Shown here piece by piece: positions 53,601-64,000 of a stretch of 64,000 bases of DNA. The notes under the pieces were generated by a model. It worked only from the letters and a program-made list of their open reading frames with translations, made no database searches and was not told where the DNA came from. A program made the translations under genes and the position numbers. The DNA is taken from assembly GCA_032718475.1 (NCBI GenBank), contig JAUCBJ010003313.1:2583-66582 (forward strand), written 5' to 3'. The stretch comes from Nemertoderma westbladi. Taxonomy: Eukaryota > Animalia > Xenacoelomorpha. Every line of letters begins with the position of its first letter. Positions within the stretch are counted from its first letter, which is position 1.

Positions 53601-56600
53601 TAGGTGGTGTCCGATCTGCCACTGTAGTTTTGTTATTTTTAGGTGGTGTCCGATCTGCCACTGTAGTTTTGTTATTTTTAGGTGGTGTCCGATCTGCCAC
53701 TGTAGTTTTGTTATTTTTAGGTGGTGTCCGATCTCCCACTGTAGTTTTGTTATTTTTAGGTGGTGTCCGATCTGCCACTGTAGTTTTGTTATTTTTAGGT
53801 GGTGTCCAATCTGCCACTGTAGTTTTGTTATTTTTAGGTGGTGTCCGATCTGCCACTGTAGGTTTGTTATTTTTAGGTGGTGTCCGATCTGCCACTGTAG
53901 TTTTGTTATTTTTAGGTGGTGTCCAATCTGCCACTGTAGTTTTGTTATCTTTATGTGGTGCCCAATCTGCCACTGTAGTTTCGTTATTTTTAGGTGGCGT
54001 CCGATCTGCCACCGTAGTTTTGTTATTTTTAGGTATTGTCCGATCTGCCACTGTAGTTTTGTTATTTTTAGGTGGTGTCCGATCTGCCACTATAGTTTTG
54101 TTATTTTTAGGTGGTGTCCGATCTGCCACTGTAGTTTTGTTATTTCAGGTGGCGTCCAATCTACCACCGTAGTTTTGTTATATTTAGGTAGTGTCCGATC
54201 TGCCACTGTAGTTTTCTTATATTTATGTGGTGCCCGATCTGCCTCTGTAGTTTTGTTATTTTTAGGTGGTGTCCGATCTGCCACTATAGTTTTGTTATTT
54301 TTAGGTGGTGTCCGATCTGCCACTGTAGTTTTGTTATTTCAGGTGGCGTCCAATCTACCACCGTAGTTTTGTTATATTTAGGTAGTGTCCGATCTGCCAC
54401 TGTAGTTTTCTTATATTTATGTGGTGTCCGATCTGCCACTGTAGTTTTGTTATTTCAGGTGGCGTCCAATCTACCACCGTAGTTTTGTTATATTTAGGTA
54501 GTGTCCGATCTGCCACTGTAGTTTTCTTATCTTTATGTGGTGCCCGATCTGCCACTGTAGTTTTGTTATTTTTAGGTGGTGTCCGATCTGCCACTGTAGT
54601 TTTGTTATTTTTAGGTGGTGTCCGATCTGCCACTGTAGTTTTGTTATTTTTAGGTGGTGTCCGATCTGCCACTGTAGTTTTGTTATTTTTAGGTGGTGTC
54701 CGATCTGCCACTGTAGTTTTGTTATTTTTAGATGGTGTCCGATCTGCCACTGTGGTTTTCTTATCTTTATGTGGTGCCCGATCTGCCACTGTAGTTTTGT
54801 TATTTTTAGGTGGTGTCCGATCTGCCACTTTAGTTTTGTTATCTTTATGTGGTGCCCGATCTGCCACTGTAGTTTTGTTATTTTTAGGTGGTGTCCGATC
54901 TGCCACTGTAGTTTTGTTATTTTTAGGTGGTGTCCGATCTGCCACTGTAGTTTTCTTATATTTATGTGGTGCCCGATCTGCCACTGTAGTTTTCTTATAT
55001 TTATGTGGTGTCCGATCTGCCACTGTAGTTTTGTTATTTTTAGGTGGTGTCCGATCTGCCACTGTAGTTTTGTTATCTTTATGTGGTGCCCGATCTGCCA
55101 CTGTAGTTTTGTTATTTTTAGGTGGTGTCCAATCTGCCACTATAGTTTTGTTATTTTTAGGTGGTGTCCGATCTGCCACTGTAGTTTTGTTATTTTTAGG
55201 TGGTGTCCGATCTGCCACTGTAGTTTTGTTATTTTAGGTGGTGTCCGATCTGCCACTGTAGTTTTGTTATTTTTAGGTGGTGTCCGATCTGCCACTGTAG
55301 TTTTGTTATTTTTAGGTGGTGTCCGATCTGCCACTGTAGTTTTGTTATTTCAGGTGTCGTCCGATCTGCCACCGTAGTTTTGTTATATTTAGGTAGTGCC
55401 CGATCTGCCACTGTAGTTTTGTTATTTTTAGGTGGTGTCCGATCTGCCACTGTAGTTTTCTTGTATTTATGTGGTGCCCGATCTGCCACTGTAGTTTTGT
55501 TATTTTTAGGTGGTGTCCGATCTGCCACTGTAGTTTTGTTATTTTTAGGTGGTGTCCGATCTGCCACTGTAGTTTTGTTATTTTTAGGTGGTGTCCGATC
55601 TGCCACTGTAGCTTTGTTATTTTTAGGTGGTGTCCGATCTGCCACTGTAGTTTTGTTATTTTTAGGTGGTGTCCGATCTGCCACTGTAGATTTGTTATTT
55701 TTAGATGGTGTCCGATCTGCCACTGTGGTTTTCTTATCTTTATGTGGTGCCCGATCTGCCACTGTAGTTTTGTTATTTTTAGGTGGTGTCCGATCTGCCA
55801 CTGTAGTTTTGTTATTTTTAGGTGGTGTCCGATCTGCCACTGTAGTTTTGTTATTTTTAGATGGTGTCCGATCTGCCACTGTAGTTTTGTTATTTTTAGA
55901 TGGTGTCCGATCTGCCACAGTGGTTTTCTTATATTTATGTGGTGCCCGATCTGCCACTGTAGTTTTGTTATTTTTAGGTGGTGCCCGATCTGCCACTGTA
56001 GCTTTGTTATTTTTATGTGGTGCCCGATCTGCCACTGTAGTTTTGTTATTTTTAGGTGGTGTCCGATCTACCACTGTAGTTTTGTTATTTTTAGGTGGTG
56101 TCCGATCTGCCACTGTAGTTTTGTTATTTTTAGGTGGTGTCCGATCTGCCACTGTAGTTTTGTTATTTTTAGGTGGTGTCCGATCTGCCACTGTAGTTTT
56201 GTTATTTTTAGATGGTGTCCGATCTGCCACTGTGGTTTTCTTATCTTTATGTGGTGCCCGATCTGCCACTGTAGTTTTGTTATTTTTAGGTGGTGTCCGA
56301 TCTGCCACTGTAGTTTTGTTATTTTTAGGTGGTGTCCGATCTGCCACTGTAGTTTTGTTATTTTTAGGTGGTGTCCGATCTGCCACTGTAGTTTTGTTAT
56401 TTTTAGGTGGTGTCCGATATGCCACTGTAGTTTTGTTATTTTTAGGTGGTGTCCGATCTGCCACTGTAGTTTTGTTATTTTTAGGTGGTGTCCGATCTGC
56501 CACTGTAGTTTTGTTATTTTTAGATGGTGTCCGATCTGCCACTGTGGTTTTCTTATCTTTATGTGGTGCCCGATCTGCCACTGTAGTTTTGTTATTTTTA

Positions 56601-59600
56601 GGTGGTGTCCGATCTGCCACTGTAGTTTTGTTATTTTTAGGTGGTGTCCGATCTGCCACTGTAGTTTTGTTATTTTTAGGTGGTGTCCGATCTGCCACTG
56701 TAGTTTTGTTATTTTTAGGTGGTGTCCGATCTGCCACTGTAGTTTTGTTATTTTTAGGTGGTGTCCGATCTGCCACTGTAGTTTTGTTATTTTTTAGATG
56801 GTGTCCGATCTGCCACTGTGGTTTTCTTATCTTTATGTGGTGCCCGATCTGCCACTGTAGTTTTGTTATTTTTAGGTGGTGTCCGATCTGCCACTGTAGT
56901 TTTGTTATTTTTAGGTGGTGTCCGATCTGCCACTGTAGTTTTGTTATTTTTAGGTGGTGTCCGATCTGCCACTGTAGTTTTGTTATTTTTTAGATGGTGT
57001 CCGATCTGCCACTGTGGTTTTCTTATCTTTATGTGGTGCCCGATCTGCCACTGTAGTTTTGTTATTTTTAGGTGGTGTCCGATCTGCCACTGTAGTTTTG
57101 TTATTTTTAGGTGGTGTCCGATCTGCCACTGTAGTTTTGTTATTTTTAGGTGGTGTCCGATCTGCCACTGTAGCTTTGTTATTTTTAGGTGGTGTCCGAT
57201 CTGCCACTGTAGTTTTGTTATTTTTAGGTGGTGTCCGATCTGCCACTGTAGTTTTGTTATTTTTAGATGGTGTCCGATCTGCCACTGTGGTTTTCTTATC
57301 TTTATGTGGTGCCCGATCTGCCACTGTAGTTTTGTTATTTTTAGGTGGTGTCCGATCTGCCACTGTAGCTTTGTTATTTTTAGGTGGTGTCCGATCTGCC
57401 ACTGTAGTTTTGTTATTTTTAGGTGGTGTCCGATCTGCCACTGTAGTTTTGTTATTTTTAGATGGTGTCCGATCTGCCACTGTGGTTTTCTTATCTTTAT
57501 GTGGTGCCCGATCTGCCACTGTAGTTTTGTTATCTTTATGTGGTGCCCGATCTGCCACTGTAGTTTTGTTATTTTTAGGTGGTGTCCGATCTGCCACTGT
57601 AGTTTGTTATTTTTAGGTGGTGTCCGATCTGCCACTGTAGTATTGTTATTTTTAGGTGGTGTCCGATCTGCCACTGTAGTTTTGTTATTTTTAGGTGGTG
57701 TCCGATCTGCCACTGTAGTTTTGTTATCTTTATGTGGTGCCCGATCTGCCACTGTAGTTTTGTTATTTTTAGGTGGTGTCCGATCTGCCACTGTAGTTTG
57801 TTATTTTTAGGTAGTGTCCGATCTGCCACTGTAGCTTTGTTATTTTTAGGTGGTGTCCGATCTGCCACTGTAGTTTTGTTATTCTTAGGTGGTGTCCGAT
57901 CTGCCACTGTAGTTTTGTTATTTTTAGATGGTGTCCGATCTGCCACTGTGGTTTTCTTATCTTTATGTGGTGCCCGATCTGCCACTGTAGTTTTGTTATC
58001 TTTATGTGGTGCCCGATCTGCCACTATAGTTTTGTTATTTTTAGGTGGTGTCCAATCTGCCACTGTAGTTTGTTATTTTTAGGTGTTGTCCGATCTGCCA
58101 CTGTGGTTTTCTTATCTTTATGTGGTGCCCGATCTGCCACTGTAGTTTTGTTATCTTTATGTGGTGCCCGATCTGCCACTGTAGTTTTGTTATTTTTAGG
58201 TGGTGTCCGATCTGCCACTGTAGTTTGTTATTTTTAGGTGGTGTCCGATCTGCCACTGTAGTATTGTTATTTTTAGGTGGTGTCCGATCTGCCACTGTAG
58301 TTTTGTTATTTCAGGTGGCGTCCGATCTGCCACTGTAGTTTTGTTATTTTTAGGTGGTGTCCGATCTGCCACTGTAGTTTTGTTATTTTTAGATGGTGTC
58401 CGATCTGCCACTGTGGTTTTCTTATCTTTATGTGGTGCCCGATCTGCCACTGTAGTTTTGTTATTTTTAGGTGGTGTCCGATCTGCCACTGTAGTTTTGT
58501 TATTTTTAGGTGGTGTCCAATCTGCCACTGTAGTTTTGTTATTTCAGGTGGTGTCCGATCTGCCACCGTAGTTTTGTTATATTTAGGTAGTGTCCGATCT
58601 GCCACTGTAGTTTTCTTATATTTATGTGGTGCCCGATCTGCCACTGTAGTTTTGTTATTTTTAGGTGGTGTCCGATCTGCCACTGTAGTTTTGTTATTTT
58701 TAGGTGGTGTCCGATCTGCCACTGTAGTTTTCTTATATTTATGTGGTGCCCGATCTGCCAATGTAGTTTTGTTATTTTTAGGTGGTGTCCGATCTGCCAC
58801 TGTAGTTTTGTTATTTTTAGGTGGTGTCCAATCTGCCACTGTAGTTTTGTTATTTTTAGGTGGTGTCCGATCTGCCACTGTAGTTTTGTTATTTTTAGGT
58901 GGTGTCCAATCTGCCACTGTAGTTTTCTTATATTTATGTGGTGCCCGTTCTGCCACTGTAGTTTTGTTATTTTTAGGTGGTGTCCAATCTGCCACTGTAG
59001 TTTTGTTATTTTTAGGTGGTGTCCAATCTGCCACTGTAGTTTTCTTATATTTATGTGGTGCCCGTTCTGCCACTGTAGTTTTGTTATTTTTAGGTGGTGT
59101 CCGATCTGCCACTGTAGTTTTGTTATTTTTAGGTGGCGTCCGATCTGCCACCGTAGTTTTGTTATTTTTAGGTGGTGTCCGATCTGCCACTGTAGTTTTG
59201 TTATTTTTAGGTGGTGTCCGATCTGCCACTGTAGTTTTGTTATTTTTAGGTGGCGTCCGATCTGCCACTGTAGTTTTGTTATTTTTAGGTGGCGTCCGAT
59301 CTGCCACCGTAGTTTTGTTATTTTTAGGTGGTGTCCGATCTGCCACTGTAGTTTTGTTATCTTTATGTGGTGCCCTATCTGCCACTGTAGTTTTGTTATT
59401 TTTAGGTGGTGTCCGATCTGCCACTGTAGTTTTGTTATCTTTATGTGGTGCCCGATCTGCCACTGTAGTTTTGTTATTTTTAGGTGGTGTCCGATCTGCC
59501 ACTGTAGTTTTGTTATTTTTAGGTGGCGTCCGATCTGCCACCGTAGTTTTGTTATTTTTAGGTGGTGTCCGATCTGCCACTGTAGTTTTGTTATTTTTAG

Positions 59601-62081
59601 GTGGCGTCCGATCTGCCACTGTAGTTTTGTTATCTTTATGTGGTGCCCGATCTGCCACTGTAGTTTTGTTATTTTTAGGTGGTGTCCGATCTGCCACTGT
59701 AGTTTTGTTATTTTTAGGTGGCGTCCGATCTGCCACCGTAGTTTTGTTATTTTTAGGTGGTGTCCGATCTGCCACTGTAGTTTTGTTATTTTTAGGTGGC
59801 GTCCGATCTGCCACCGTAGTTTTGTTATTTTTAGGTGGTGTCCGATCTGCCACTGTAGTTTTGTTATTTTTAGGTGGTGTCCGATCTGCCACTGTAGTTT
59901 TGTTATTTTTAGGTGGCGTCCGATCTGCCACTGTAGTTTTGTTATTTTTAGGTGGTGTCCGATCTGCCACTGTAGTTTTGTTATTTTTAGGTGGTGTCCG
60001 ATCTGCCACTGTAGTTTTGTTATTTTTAGGTGGCGTCCGATCTGCCACCGTAGTTTTGTTATTTTTAGGTGGTGTCCGATCTGCCACTGTAGTTTTGTTA
60101 TCTTTATGTGGTGCCCGATCTGCCACTGTAGTTTTCTTATCTTTATGTGGTGCCCGATCTGCCACTGTAGTTTTGTTATTTTTAGGTGGTGTCCGATCTG
60201 CCACTGTAGTTTTGTTATTTTTATGTGGTGTCCGATCTGCCACTGTAGTATTGTTATTTTTAGGTGGTGTCCAATCTGCCACTGTAGTTTTGTTATTTTT
60301 AGGTGGTGTCCGATCTGCCACTGTAGTTTTGTAATTTTAGGTGGTGTCCGATCTGCCACTGTAGTGTTGTTATTTTTAGGTGGTGTCCGATCTGCCACTG
60401 TAGTTTTGTTATCTTTAGGTGGTGTCCGATCTGCCACTGTAGTTTTGTTATTTTTAGGTGGTGTCCGATCTGCCACTGTAGTTTTGTTATTTTTAGGTGG
60501 CGTCCGATATGCCACAGTAGTTTTGTTATTTTTAGGTGGCGTCCGATCTGCCACTGTAGTTTTGTTATTTTTAGGTGGTGTCCGATCTGCCACTGTAGTT
60601 TTTTTATTTTTAGGTGGTGTCCGATCTGCCACTGTAGTTTTGTTATTTTTAGGTGGCGTCCGATCTGCCACTGTAGTTTTGTTATTTTTAGGTGGCGTCC
60701 GATCTGCCACCGTAGTTTTGTTATTTTTAGGTGATGTCCGATCTGCCACTGTAGTTTTGTTATCTTAATGTGGTGCCCGATCTGCCACTGTAGTTTTGTT
60801 ATTTTTAGGTGGTGTCCGATCTGCCACTGTAGTTTTGTTATTTTTAGGTGGTGTCCGATCTGCCACTGTAGTTTTTATTTTTAAGTGGCGTCTGATCTGC
60901 CACTGTAGTTTTGTTATTTTTAGGTGGTGTCCGATCTGCTACTGTAGTTTTGTTATTTTTATGTGGTGTCCGATCTGCCACTGTAGTTTTGTTATTTTTA
61001 GGTGGTGTCCGATCTGCCACTGTAGTTTTTGTTATTTTTAGGTGGTGTCCGATCTGCCACTGTAGTTTTGTTATTTTTATGTGGTGTCCGATCTGCCACT
61101 GTAGTTTTGTTATTTTTATGTGGTGCCCGATCGGCCACTGTAGTTTTGTTATTTTTAGGTGGTGTGCAATCTGCCACTATAGTTTTGTTATTTTTAGGTG
61201 GTGTCCGATCTGCCACTGTAGTTTTGTTATTTTTAGGTGGTGTCCGATCTGCCACTGTAGTTTTGTTATTTTTAGGTGGTGTCCAATCTGCCACTGTAGT
61301 TTTGTTATTTTTAGGTGGTGTCCGATCTGCCACTGTAGTTTTGTTATTTTTAGGTGGTGTCCGATCTGCCACTGTAGTTTTGTTATTTTTAGGTGGCGTC
61401 CGATCTGCCACTGTAGTTTTGTTATTTTTAGGTGGTGTCCGATCTGCCACTGTAGTTTTGTTATTTTTATGTGGTGCCCGGTCTGCCACTGTAGCTTTGT
61501 TATTTTTATGTGGTCTCCGATCTGCCACTGTAGTTTTGTTATTTTTAGGTGGTGTCCGATCTGCCACTGTAGTTTTGTTATTTTTAGGTGGTGTCCAATC
61601 TGCCACTGTAGTTTTGTTATTTTTAGGTGGTGCCCGATCTGCCACTGTAGCTTTGTTATTTTTATGTGGTGTCCGATCTGCCACTGTAGTTTTGTTATTT
61701 TTAGGTGGTGTCCGATCTGCCACTGTAGTTTTGTTATTTTTAGGTGGTGTCCGATCTACCACAGTAGTTTTGTTATTTTTAGGTGGTGTCCGATCTGCCA
61801 CTGTAGTTTTGTTATTTTTAGGTGGTGCCCGATCTGCCACTGTAGCTTTGTTATTTTTATGTGGTGTCCGATCTGCCACTGTAGTTTTGTTATTTTTAGG
61901 TGGTGTCCAATCTGCCACTGTAGTTTTGTTATTTTTAGGTGGTGTCCGATCTGCCACTGTAGTTTTGTTATTTTTAGGTGGTGTCCAATCTGCCACTGTA
62001 GTTTTGTTATTTTTAGGTGGTGTCCGATCTGCCACTGTAGTTTTGTTATTTTTAGGTGGTGTCCGATCTGCCACTGTAGTT
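50655..62081 (+). repeat. 11.4-kb tandem satellite, about 290 x 39 bp, derived from a splice-acceptor/exon junction
   Basis: Consensus TTTTGTTATTTTTAG|GTGGTGTCCGATCTGCCACTGTAG; the last unit runs directly into coding exon E. Confidence 0.97.
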
Positions 62082-62402
62082 TCCCATAACGAACTAGAAC
62101 TGCTGTGCCTTCCGCGAGAAGACTTCATCGAGATATTCATGCCGCCGTATCTGGAGGGACAGGAACCGGAATTCATTACCTTTCTTCGCACGGTGGAGGC
62201 GTTACGTGGCTGGCCAATAGACCAACTACCCTGGCGCGACCCAAATGTTTGTCTGTACACGTACTTCCGGAATGGAACGGTTATCTGTGCCGACGTTCGT
62301 AAAGCCGATTATATTTATATCGTTCGCCTTGGAAGCTGCGTCGCCTACCGGAAGATCCGACTCACAAAACCGAGTTTCAGACAATTCGATGGCGGTTTCT
62401 GG
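62056..62402 (+). CDS. CNBD2-like gene, exon E (RSATV of the phosphate-binding cassette and start of domain 2)
   Basis: Phase-1 acceptor gives FGELALLLG|GVRSATVVSHNELELLCLPREDFIEIF..YFRNGTVIC..YIYIVRLGSC. Putative donor TGG|GTAAAT. Confidence 0.85.
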
Positions 62403-62706
62403 GTAAATAATAATTGGAAAAATATATATAGCAATAAAAAGTTGCGAAATCAGTTCACAAAATAACCTTTTCTTGGAAAAATAATGTTGTTTATTTATGA
62501 TGTTAATAAAAATTCAAAATACTTAATTACTAAATTTAAAGTTATGTGTTATACATGAGAATGATAATGCAATGTATCAACCATCACAGAATGGAGGAAG
62601 AAAAATGTATTTAAATTACTGGTCTAAAATTACCAACCTAAAAAATATATAAATTAAATCAAAATATTCGATTAGCTGGTGAAATAAAGGATATTTTGTG
62701 AAATAG

Positions 62707-63262
62707 ATTTCCAATCACTAGAAATCCACAAGATAATGCGTCATCTACTGATGAATATTCTAGAATGAAAGCGACATATAACAAGAGAGTTAATAACTGG
62801 AATCAACGCAGTCAGCTGACCAATCAGGCTTCGTCCCATGAGAAATTCTTACAAATGAAATCCGATTGGCTATCAGAACGTTGGTTTGATACGATAGGTA
62901 AACGCTCGTCATTGATCAGTGGGACAGGAAAGTTAATAAACGGAACAGATGGGCGGGAGTTACAAGATAGATGGGTGGAAATACAACTGCTCCAAGCTAA
63001 AGATGTGTTCGGCTTATATGCGGCAGTATATTCAGAACAACCGATACAAGGTGTGAGTCTAGTATCTAAAGGTTGCGAGTGCATACTCATATCCAAAAAG
63101 TTCTTCATCAGCTGCACTAACTTGGTTGTCATGGAGAAGCTACGTACCCAAGTAACATCCTACATGACGGATGAAGAACTGCAGACACAGTTGATAGAGC
63201 AGGCTCAATGGGAAGGTTACCGCATGTTAACTGTCAGCGAGTTAATTACTAGAAACAAATAA
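62707..63262 (+). CDS. CNBD2-like gene, terminal exon
   Basis: VEIQLLQAKDVFGL..SLVSKGCECILISKKFF..LQTQL..WEGYR resembles the CNBD2 C-terminus. The 5' boundary is uncertain: its phase does not match exon E, so a small exon may be missing. Confidence 0.75.
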
Positions 63263-63554
63263 CTAATTAGAAGGATTTTCAATAACTTTCAGATTTACAG
63301 CCTACAGTAAGTCCACTAATGCCTACTATACAGAATACTCTCTAATATAATAATTATTTATTTAAATACATACAATTCATGTTTGTTTCTGTTGGAATAA
63401 ATGGTTGTCGACCACGTTTACTTTTACCATGAGGCCGTCAAAGATCGTTCTGCTATTGTGACCTCACCTGCTGTCTGCTGTTCCTCACCGCAAAATTTTT
63501 ACTTTTTTTAGTTATATTGAGATGCCATCTAGCGGTGCATAGTAACATACACAC

Positions 63555-63620
63555 ATGCGCCTTGAAATATGTTCAGAAAGGCGCTATATAAATATATATT
63601 ATTATTATTATTATTATTAT
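63555..63620 (+). repeat. L2/SINE-like 3' tail
   Basis: AAGGCGCTATATAAAT followed by (ATT)n. Confidence 0.45.
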
Positions 63621-64000
63621 ACAGTACTACACTATAGAATGGGGGGGGGGGGGGCGTGTGTGTTATAGAATGGGGGGGGGGGGGGGCGTGTGTGTTATAT
63701 TACTACCATATTCACTTGTATAATTGTCCCACCAAAAAAACTATATTATTTCTTGACATATTTCGTGACGCGCTAATCGGATGGCTGCTGACATTCCTGA
63801 CAAAGCAGAAGTCCTTCCAACACTAACAGTCGGCGTTACTAGAAGCATCGAAAGCACTCTGAGGTCTCACTCCCCTGGTACAGTAACCAGTAATGTATAA
63901 CATGCAGCCATTTGCAGATACATAATAAATCATCCAATCACAGCCCTTTAAATATGATAAAGAAATGCGTTTGGACAATCAAGTCATGATCCGCACTGTA

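Noticed and set aside
50655-62081. CRISPR-like array
   Set aside because: Head-to-tail repeats with no unique spacers, eukaryotic context, no cas genes.
50591-62260. Very long ORFs (ADRTPPKNNKTTV)n, (WCPICHCSFVIFR)n and (WQIGHHLKITKLQ)n resembling mucin or metal-binding proteins
   Set aside because: They are by-products of a 39-bp unit that is stop-free in several frames. Frames switch at 38/40-bp units, and only the GGVRSATV frame connects to real coding sequence.

Overview
AT-rich animal (probably invertebrate) genomic DNA that is mostly transposon-derived. Host coding sequence: an SH3 + proline-rich + FAM107-like ORF (7.8-8.7 kb), an orphan astacin exon (18.4 kb), a histone H3 C-terminal fragment (45.6 kb) and a multi-exon CNBD2-like cyclic-nucleotide-binding gene on the + strand (about 40.8-63.3 kb). 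Mobile DNA: a THAP/P-element relic, hAT and Mutator non-autonomous elements with intact target-site duplications (TSDs), two piggyBacs, three RTE LINEs, a copia RNase H relic, a tRNA-type SINE, a young 14.3-kb BEL/Pao LTR element (no RT or integrase, extra zinc-knuckle ORF) nested in an RTE, and three CRE-like RLE retrotransposons, one with a Ulp1 protease. The most striking feature is an 11.4-kb satellite of about 290 copies of a 39-bp unit. The unit is the 3' splice site plus the first 8 codons of the CNBD2-like exon that encodes the phosphate-binding-cassette Arg, so the intron holds hundreds of AG|GT acceptor copies, the last 26 in exact codon register with the real exon. All family assignments come from motif recognition by eye; no database search was run.
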